DNA from: Auanema rhodensis
Taxonomy: Eukaryota > Animalia > Nematoda
Length of the DNA: 64,000 nt
Direction: 5' to 3'
Assembly: GCA_964057225.1 (NCBI GenBank)
Contig: OZ059899.1
Coordinates: forward strand, 2,666,001-2,730,000
The translations under genes and the position numbers were made by a program. Numbering within the stretch: the stretch's first letter is position 1; each line of letters opens with the position of its first letter. Of the stretch, positions 54,701-64,000 are shown one piece after another. The notes beneath the pieces are model-generated. The model searched no databases and was not told the DNA's origin. It was given only the letters and a program-made list of their open reading frames with translations.

Positions 54701-57700
54701 TTGAAATTTTTCGAAAAAATTTTTGTCAAAATGTTTTTGGAAGCAATGTTGAGTGTACATGGAAACTCAACATACACTAATGCATCATTTTTCAAACGAT
54801 CATAACTAATTTTTGTATTAAGCGTTTCTCAATGTAGTATAGTGCATTCGATGCGGATTTTTGAGCTGCGTCGATCTGTGTTATCAGATTTGCGCTAGCT
54901 TGAAAATGCACCGAGATATCAACTGATATAAGTTCACACTTATATCCTCGATTTTCACCCTGAAGAATTAATTTTTTCGTTGAATAACATTGTCCATCGT
55001 CTTTGCCTTGAAAAACGGAATCTAAACACATCTACTTTTCGCTAAATTATCTTGAAATTTTTCGAAAAAATTTTTGTCAAAATGTTTTTGGAAGCAATGT
55101 TGAGTGTACATGGAAACTCAACATACACTAATGCATCATTTTTCAAACGATCATAACTAATTTTTGTATTAAGCGTTTCTCAATGTAGTATAGTGCATTC
55201 GATGCGGATTGTTGAGCTGCGTCGATCTGTGTTATCAGATTTGCGCTAGCTTAAAAATGCACCGAGATATCAACTGATATGAGTTCACACATATATCCTC
55301 GATTTTCACCCTGAAGAATTAATTTTTTCGTTGAATAACATTGTCCATCGTCTTTGCCTTGAAAAAAGGAATCTAAAAACATCTACTTTTTGCTAAATTA
55401 TTTTGAAATTTTTCGAAAAAATTTTTGTCAAAATGTTTTTGGAAGCAATGTTGAGTGTACATGGAAACTCAACATACACTAATGCATCATTTTTCAAACG
55501 ATCATAACTAAATTTTGTATTAAGCGTTTCTCAATGTAGTATAGTGCATTCGATGCGGATTTTTAAGCTGCGTCGATCTGTGTTATCAGATTTGCGCTAG
55601 CTTAAAAAAGCACCGAGATATCAACTGATATAAGTTCACACTTATATCCTCGATTTTCACCCTGAAGAATTATTTTTTTCGTTGAATAACATTGTCCATC
55701 GTCTTTGCTTTGAAAAACGGAATCTAAAAACATCTACTTTTTGCTAAATTATTTTGAAATTTTTCGAAAAAATTTTTGTCAAAATGTTTTTGGAAGCAAT
55801 GTTGAGTGTACATGGAAACTCAACATACACTAATGCATCATTTTTCAAACAATCATAACTAATTTTTGTATTAAGCGTTTCTCAATGTAGTATAGTGCAT
55901 TCGATGCGGATTTTTGAGCTGCGTCGATCTGTGTTATCAGATTTGCGCTAGCTTAAAAAAGCACCGAGATATCAATTGATATAAGTTCACACTTATATCC
56001 TCGATTTTCACCCTGAAGAATTATTTTTTTCGTTGAATAACATTGTCCATCGTCTTTGCCTTGAAAAACGGAATCTAAAAACATCTACTTTTTGCTAAAT
56101 TAATTTGAAATTTTTCGAAAAAATTTTTGTCAAAATGTTTTTGGAAGCAATGTTGAGTGTACATGGAAACTCAACATACACTAATGCATCATTTTTCAAA
56201 CGATCATAACTAATTTTTGTATTAAGCGTTTCTCAATGTAGTATAGTGCATTCGATGCGGATTTTTGAGCTGCGTCGATCTGTGTTATCAGATTTGCGCT
56301 AGCTTGAAAATGCACCGAGATATCAACTGATATAAGTTCACACTTATATCCTCGATTTTCACCCTGAAGAATTAAATTTTTCGTTGAATAACATTGTCCA
56401 TCGTCTTTGCCTTGAAAAACGGAATCTAAACACATCTACTTTTCGCTAAATTATCTTGAAATTTTTCGAAAAAATTTTTGTCAAAATGTTTTTGGAAGCA
56501 ATGTTGAGTGTACATGGAAACTCAACATACACTAATGCATCATTTTTCAAACGATCATAACTAATTTTTGTATTGAGCGTTTCTCAATGTAGTATAGTGC
56601 ATTCAATGCGGATTTTTGAGCTGCGTCGATCTGTGTTATCAGATTTGCGCTAGCTTAAAAATGCACCGAGATATCAACTGATATAAGTTCACACTTATAT
56701 CCTCGATTTTCACCCTGAAGAATTATTTTTTTCGTTGAATAACATTGTCCATCGTCTTTGCTTTGAAAAACGGAATCTAAAAACATCTACTTTTTGCTAA
56801 ATTATTTTGAAATTTTTCGAAAAAATTTTTGTCAAAATGTTTTTGGAAGCAATGTTGAGTGTACATGGAAACTCAACATACACTAATGCATCATTTTTCA
56901 AACGATCATAACTAAATTTTGTATTAAGCGTTTCTCAATGTAGTATAGTGCATTCGATGCGGATTTTTAAGCTGCGTCGATCTGTGTTATCAGATTTGCG
57001 CTAGCTTAAAAAAGCACCGAGATATCAACTGATATAAGTTCACACTTATATCCTCGATTTTCACCCTGAAGAATTATTTTTTTCGTTGAATAACATTGTC
57101 CATCGTCTTTGCCTTGAAAAACGGAATCTAAAAACATCTACTTTTTGCTAAATTAATTTGAAATTTTTCGAAAAAATTTTTGTCAAAATGTTTTTGGAAG
57201 CAATGTTGAGTGTACATGGAAACTCAACATACACTAATGCATCATTTTTCAAACGATCATAACTAATTTTTGTATTAAGCGTTTCTCAATGTAGTATAGT
57301 GCATTCGATGCGGATTTTTGAGCTGCGTCGATCTGTGTTATCAGATTTGCGCTAGCTTGAAAATGCACCGAGATATCAACTGATATAAGTTCACACTTAT
57401 ATCCTCGATTTTCACCCTGAAGAATTAATTTTTTCGTTGAATAACATTGTCCATCGTCTTTGCCTTGAAAAACGGAATCTAAACACATCTACTTTTCGCT
57501 AAATTATCTTGAAATTTTTCGAAAAAATTTTTGTCAAAATGTTTTTGGAAGCAATGTTGAGTGTACATGGAAACTCAACATACACTAATGCATCATTTTT
57601 CAAACGATCATAACTAATTTTTGTATTAAGCGTTTCTCAATGTAGTATAGTGCATTCGATGCGGATTGTTGAGCTGCGTCGATCTGTGTTATCAGATTTG

Positions 57701-60700
57701 CGCTAGCTTAAAAATGCACCGAGATATCAACTGATATGAGTTCACACATATATCCTCGATTTTCACCCTGAAGAATTAATTTTTTCGTTGAATAACATTG
57801 TCCATCGTCTTTGCCTTGAAAAAAGAAATCTAAAAACATCTACTTTTTGCTAAATTATTTTGAAATTTTTCGAAAAAATTTTTGTCAAAATGTTTTTGGA
57901 AGCAATGTTGAGTGTACATGGAAACTCAACATACACTAATGCATCATTTTTCAAACGATCATAACTAATTTTTGTATTAAGCGTTTCTTAATGTAGTATA
58001 GTGCATTCGATGCGGATTTTTGAGCTGCGTCGATCTGTGTTATCAGATTTGCGCTAGCTTGAAAATGCACCGAGATATCAACTGATATAAGTTCACACTT
58101 ATATCCTCGATTTTCACCCTGAAGAATTAATTTTTTCGTTGAATAACATTGTCCATCGTCTTTGCCTTGAAAAACGGAATCTAAAAACATCTACTTTTCG
58201 CTAAATTATCTTGAAATTTTTCGAAAAAATTTTTGTCAAAATGTTTTTGGAAGCAATGTTGAGTGTACATGGAAACTCAACATACACTAATGCATCATTT
58301 TTCAAACAATCATAACTAATTTTTGTATTAAGCGTTTCTCAATGTAGTATAGTGCATTCGATGCGGATTTTTGAGCTGCGTCGATCTGTGTTATCAGATT
58401 TGCGCTAGCTTAAAAAAGCACCGAGATATCAATTGATATAAGTTCACACTTATATCCTCGATTTTCACCCTGAAGAATTATTTTTTTCGTTGAATAACAT
58501 TGTCCATCGTCTTTGCCTTGAAAAACGGAATCTAAAAACATCTACTTTTTGCTAAATTAATTTGAAATTTTTCGAAAAAATTTTTGTCAAAATGTTTTTG
58601 GAAGCAATGTTGAGTGTACATGGAAACTCAACATACACTAATGCATCATTTTTCAAACGATCATAACTAATTTTTGTATTAAGCGTTTCTCAATGTAGTA
58701 TAGTGCATTCGATGCGGATTTTTGAGCTGCGTCGATCTGTGTTATCAGATTTGCGCTAGCTTGAAAATGCACCGAGATATCAACTGATATAAGTTCACAC
58801 TTATATCCTCGATTTTCACCCTGAAGAATTAAATTTTTCGTTGAATAACATTGTCCATCGTCTTTGCCTTGAAAAACGGAATCTAAACACATCTACTTTT
58901 CGCTAAATTATCTTGAAATTTTTCGAAAAAATTTTTGTCAAAATGTTTTTGGAAGCAATGTTGAGTGTACATGGAAACTCAACATACACTAATGCATCAT
59001 TTTTCAAACGATCATAACTAATTTTTGTATTGAGCGTTTCTCAATGTAGTATAGTGCATTCAATGCGGATTTTTGAGCTGCGTCGATCTGTGTTATCAGA
59101 TTTGCGCTAGCTTAAAAATGCACCGAGATATCAACTGATATAAGTTCACACTTATATCCTCGATTTTCACCCTGAAGAATTATTTTTTTCGTTGAATAAC
59201 ATTGTCCATCGTCTTTGCTTTGAAAAACGGAATCTAAAAACATCTACTTTTTGCTAAATTATTTTGAAATTTTTCGAAAAAATTTTTGTCAAAATGTTTT
59301 TGGAAGCAATGTTGAGTGTACATGGAAACTCAACATACACTAATGCATCATTTTTCAAACGATCATAACTAAATTTTGTATTAAGCGTTTCTCAATGTAG
59401 TATAGTGCATTCGATGCGGATTTTTAAGCTGCGTCGATCTGTGTTATCAGATTTGCGCTAGCTTAAAAAAGCACCGAGATATCAACTGATATAAGTTCAC
59501 ACTTATATCCTCGATTTTCACCCTGAAGAATTATTTTTTTCGTTGAATAACATTGTCCATCGTCTTTGCCTTGAAAAACGGAATCTAAAAACATCTACTT
59601 TTTGCTAAATTAATTTGAAATTTTTCGAAAAAATTTTTGTCAAAATGTTTTTGGAAGCAATGTTGAGTGTACATGGAAACTCAACATACACTAATGCATC
59701 ATTTTTCAAACGATCATAACTAATTTTTGTATTAAGCGTTTCTCAATGTAGTATAGTGCATTCGATGCGGATTTTTGAGCTGCGTCGATCTGTGTTATCA
59801 GATTTGCGCTAGCTTGAAAATGCACCGAGATATCAACTGATATAAGTTCACACTTATATCCTCGATTTTCACCCTGAAGAATTAATTTTTTCGTTGAATA
59901 ACATTGTCCATCGTCTTTGCCTTGAAAAACGGAATCTAAACACATCTACTTTTCGCTAAATTATCTTGAAATTTTTCGAAAAAATTTTTGTCAAAATGTT
60001 TTTGGAAGCAATGTTGAGTGTACATGGAAACTCAACATACACTAATGCATCATTTTTCAAACGATCATAACTAATTTTTGTATTAAGCGTTTCTCAATGT
60101 AGTATAGTGCATTCGATGCGGATTGTTGAGCTGCGTCGATCTGTGTTATCAGATTTGCGCTAGCTTAAAAATGCACCGAGATATCAACTGATATGAGTTC
60201 ACACATATATCCTCGATTTTCACCCTGAAGAATTAATTTTTTCGTTGAATAACATTGTCCATCGTCTTTGCCTTGAAAAAAGGAATCTAAAAACATCTAC
60301 TTTTTGCTAAATTATTTTGAAATTTTTCGAAAAAATTTTTGTCAAAATGTTTTTGGAAGCAATGTTGAGTGTACATGGAAACTCAACATACACTAATGCA
60401 TCATTTTTCAAACGATCATAACTAAATTTTGTATTAAGCGTTTCTCAATGTAGTATAGTGCATTCGATGCGGATTTTTAAGCTGCGTCGATCTGTGTTAT
60501 CAGATTTGCGCTAGCTTAAAAAAGCACCGAGATATCAACTGATATAAGTTCACACTTATATCCTCGATTTTCACCCTGAAGAATTATTTTTTTCGTTGAA
60601 TAACATTGTCCATCGTCTTTGCCTTGAAAAACGGAATCTAAAAACATCTACTTTTTGCTAAATTAATTTGAAATTTTTCGAAAAAATTTTTGTCAAAATG

Positions 60701-60723
60701 TTTTTGGAAGCAATGTTGAGTGT
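48790..60723 (+). repeat. Distal higher-order-repeat domain with ~7-monomer unit and 14-monomer super-period
   Basis: The aattaaattttt+ctaaacac monomer gives ORFs at 49176, 50580, 53739, 56196 and 58653, the last three spaced 2457 bp. The gattgttg monomer occurs at monomers 151, 158, 165 and 172. The aaagaaatc sub-variant is only in 151 and 165, 4914 bp apart. Confidence 0.85.
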
Positions 60724-63700
60724 ACATGGAAACTCAACATACACTAATGCATCATTTTTCAAACGATCATAACTAATTTTTGTATTAAGCGTTTCTCAAT
60801 GTAGTATAGTGCATTCGATGCGGATTGTTGAGCTGCGTCGATCTGTGTTATCAGATTTGCGCTAGCTTAAAAATGCACCGAGATATCAACTGATATGAGT
60901 TCACACATATATCCTCGATTTTCACCCTGAAGAATTAATTTTTTCGTTGAATAACATTGTCCATCGTCTTTGCCTTGAAAAAAGGAATCTAAAAACATCT
61001 ACTTTTTGCTAAATTATTTTGAAATTTTTCGAAAAAATTTTTGTCAAAATGTTTTTGGAAGCAATGTTGAGTGTACATGGAAACTCAACATACACTAATG
61101 CATCATTTTTCAAACGATCATAACTAATTTTTGTATTAAGCGTTTCTTAATGTAGTATAGTGCATTCGATGCGGATTTTTGAGCTGCGTCGATCTGTGTT
61201 ATCAGATTTGCGCTAGCTTGAAAATGCACCGAGATATCAACTGATATAAGTTCACACTTATATCCTCGATTTTCACCCTGAAGAATTATTTTTTTCGTTG
61301 AATAACATTGTCCATCGTCTTTGCCTTGAAAAACGGAATCTAAAAACATCTACTTTTTGCTAAATTATTCTGAAATTTTTCGAAAAAATTTTTGTCAAAA
61401 TGTTTTTGGAAGCAATGTTGAGTGTACATGGAAACTCAACATACACTAATGCATCATTTTTCAAACGATCATAACTAATTTTTGTATTAAGCGTTTATTA
61501 ATGTAGTATAGTGCATTCGATGCGGATTTTTGAGCTGCGTCGATCTGTGTTATCAGATTTGCGCTAGCTTGAAAATGCACCGAGATATCAACTGATATAA
61601 GTTCACACTTATATCCTCGATTTTCACCCTGAAGAATTAATTTTTTCGTTGAATAACATTGTCCATCGTCTTTGCCTTGAAAAACGGAATCTAAAAACAT
61701 CTACTTTTCGCTAAATTATCTTGAAATTTTTCGAAAAAATTTTTGTCAAAATGTTTTTGGAAGCAATGTTGAGTGTACATGGAAACTCAACATACACTAA
61801 TGCATCATTTTTCAAACAATCATAACTAATTTTTGTATTAAGCGTTTCTCAATGTAGTATAGTGCATTCGATGCGGATTTTTGAGCTGCGTCGATCTGTG
61901 TTATCAGATTTGCGCTAACTTAAAAAAGCACCGATATATCAATTGATATAAGTTCACACTTATATCCTCGATTTTCACCCTGAAGAATTATTTTTTTCGT
62001 TGAATAACATTGTCCATCGTCTTTGCCTTGAAAAACGGAATCTAAAAACATCTACTTTTTGCTAAATTAATTTGAAATTTTTCGAAAAAATTTTTGTCAA
62101 AATGTTTTTGGAAGCAATGTTGAGTGTACATGGAAACTCAACATACACTAATGCATCATTTTTCAAACGATCATAACTAATTTTTGTATTAAGCGTTTCT
62201 CAATGTAGTATAGTGCATTCGATGCGGATTTTTGAGCTGCGTCGATCTGTGTTATCAGATTTGCGCTAGCTTAAAAATGCACCGAGATATCAACTGATAT
62301 AAGTTCACACTTATATCCTCGATTTTCACCCTGAAGAATTAATTTTTTCGATGAATAACATTGTCCATCGTCTTTGCCTTGAAAAACGGAATCTAAAAAC
62401 ATCTACTTTTCGCTAAATTATTTTGAAATTTTTCGAAAAAATTTTTGTCAAAATGTTTTTGGAAGCAATGTTGAGTGTACATGGAAACTCAACATACACT
62501 AATGCATCATTTTTCAAACGATCATAACTAATTTTTGTATTAAGCGTTTCTCAATGTAGTATAGTGCATTCGATGCGGATTTTTGAGCAGCGTCGATCTG
62601 TGTTATCAGATTTGCGCTAGCTTGAAAATGCACCGAGATATCAACTGATATAAGTTCACACTTATATCCTCGATTTTCACCCTGAAGAATTAATTTTTTC
62701 GTTGAATAACATTGTCCATCGTCTTTGCCTTAAAAAACGGAATCTAAAAACATCTACTTTTCGCTAAATTATCTTGAAATTTTTCGAAAAAATTTTTGTC
62801 AAAATGTTTTTGGAAGCAATGTTGAGTGTACATGGAAACTCAACATACACTAATGCATCATTTTTCAAACAATCATAACTAATTTTTGTATTAAGCGTTT
62901 CTCAATGTATTATAGTGCATTCGATGCGGATTTTTGAGCTGCGTCGATCTGTGTTATCAGATTTGCGCTAGCTTAAAAAAGCACCGAGATATCAATTGAT
63001 ATAAGTTCACACTTATATCCTCGATTTTCACCCTGAAGAATTATTTTTTTCGTTGAATAACATTGTCCATCGTCTTTGCCTTGAAAAACGGAATCTAAAA
63101 ACATCTACTTTTTGCTAAATTAATTTGAAATTTTTCGAAAAAATTTTTGTCAAAATGTTTTTGGAAGCAATGTTGAGTGTACATGGAAACTCAACATACA
63201 CTAATGCATCATTTTTCAAACGATCATAACTAATTTTTGTATTAAGCGTTTCTCAATGTAGTATAGTGCATTCGATGCGGATTTTTGAGCTGCGTCGATC
63301 TGTGTTATCAGATTTGCGCTAGCTTAAAAAAGCACCGAGATATCAATTGATATAAGTTCACACTTATATCCTCGATTTTCACCCTGAAGAATTATTTTTT
63401 TCGTTGAATAACATTGTCCATCGTCTTTGCCTTGAAAAACGGAATCTAAAAACATCTACTTTTCGCTAAATTATCTTGAAATTTTTCGAAAAAATTTTTG
63501 TCAAAATGTTTTTGGAAGCAATGTTGAGTGTACATGGAAACTCAACATACACTAATGCATCATTTTTCAAACAATCATAACTAATTTTTGTATTAAGCGT
63601 TTCTCAATGTAGTATAGTGCATTCGATGCGGATTTTTGAGCTGCGTCGATCTGTGTTATCAGATTTGCGCTAGCTTAAAAAAGCACCGAGATATCAATTG

Positions 63701-64000
63701 ATATAAGTTCACACTTATATCCTCGATTTTCACCCTGAAGAATTATTTTTTTCGTTGAATAACATTGTCCATCGTCTTTGCCTTGAAAAACGGAATCTAA
63801 AAACATCTACTTTTTGCTAAATTAATTTGAAATTTTTCGAAAAAATTTTTGTCAAAATGTTTTTGGAAGCAATGTTGAGTGTACATGGAAACTCAACATA
63901 CACTAATGCATCATTTTTCAAACGATCATAACTAATTTTTGTATTAAGCGTTTCTCAATGTAGTATAGTGCATTCGATGCGGATTTTAGAGCTGCGTCGA

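Larger units (their letters stand above)
1..64000 (+). repeat. 351-bp tandem satellite DNA array (182 full monomers plus a partial), continuing beyond both window edges
   Basis: ACATGGAAACTCAACATAC recurs at 1, 352, 703 ... 7021, 14041 ... 63181, 63883, exactly 351 bp apart. All 48 ORF-track hits start at 36+351k. Monomers differ by a few substitutions each. No unique sequence or orientation switch was seen. GC is 113/351 in monomer 1. Confidence 0.99.

Noticed and set aside
1089-61700. 48 copies of a 79-aa ORF (MFLDSVFQGKDDG...) as a tandem gene family
   Set aside because: It is the same satellite frame each time. About 74% of monomers lack the intact ORF, with multiple independent stop alleles, no sign of synonymous bias and no recognisable domain.
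1-64000. CRISPR array, or a repeat-spacer or variable-cassette system built on the hairpin motifs
   Set aside because: The sequence between hairpins is near-identical in every unit. There are no unique spacers and no cas, recombinase or reverse transcriptase genes in the window.
1-64000. 5S rDNA, tRNA, snRNA or spliced-leader RNA tandem gene array (similar unit size)
   Set aside because: I recognise no 5S, tRNA, snRNA or SL sequence or Pol III A/B/C boxes on either strand. An Infernal/Rfam scan would be the formal exclusion.

Overview
The whole 64-kb window is one uninterrupted head-to-tail tandem array of a 351-bp AT-rich monomer: 182 full copies plus a 118-bp partial copy, about 32% GC by hand count of monomer 1. 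This is satellite DNA, most plausibly from eukaryotic (peri)centromeric or other heterochromatin. CpG is not depleted, which suggests a weakly methylated genome such as an insect or nematode, but I do not recognise the family. Monomers differ only by substitutions at a small set of recurrent sites, and the 351-bp register never shifts. The variants reveal nested higher-order structure. There is a ~15-20 kb block duplication (monomers ~13-56 vs ~57-113) with a chimeric junction monomer. There are also local 2-, 3-, 4-, 7- and 10-monomer duplications, and a distal domain with an emerging 7-mer/14-mer higher-order repeat. Each monomer carries several short dyad symmetries and phased A/T tracts. 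The 48 79-aa ORFs on the minus strand are the same monomer frame and look non-coding. I found no genes, RNA genes, CRISPR array or mobile-element insertion, and no evidence for a new protein-coding system. The interest lies in the architecture and evolution of the array. Monomer n starts at 1+351(n-1).
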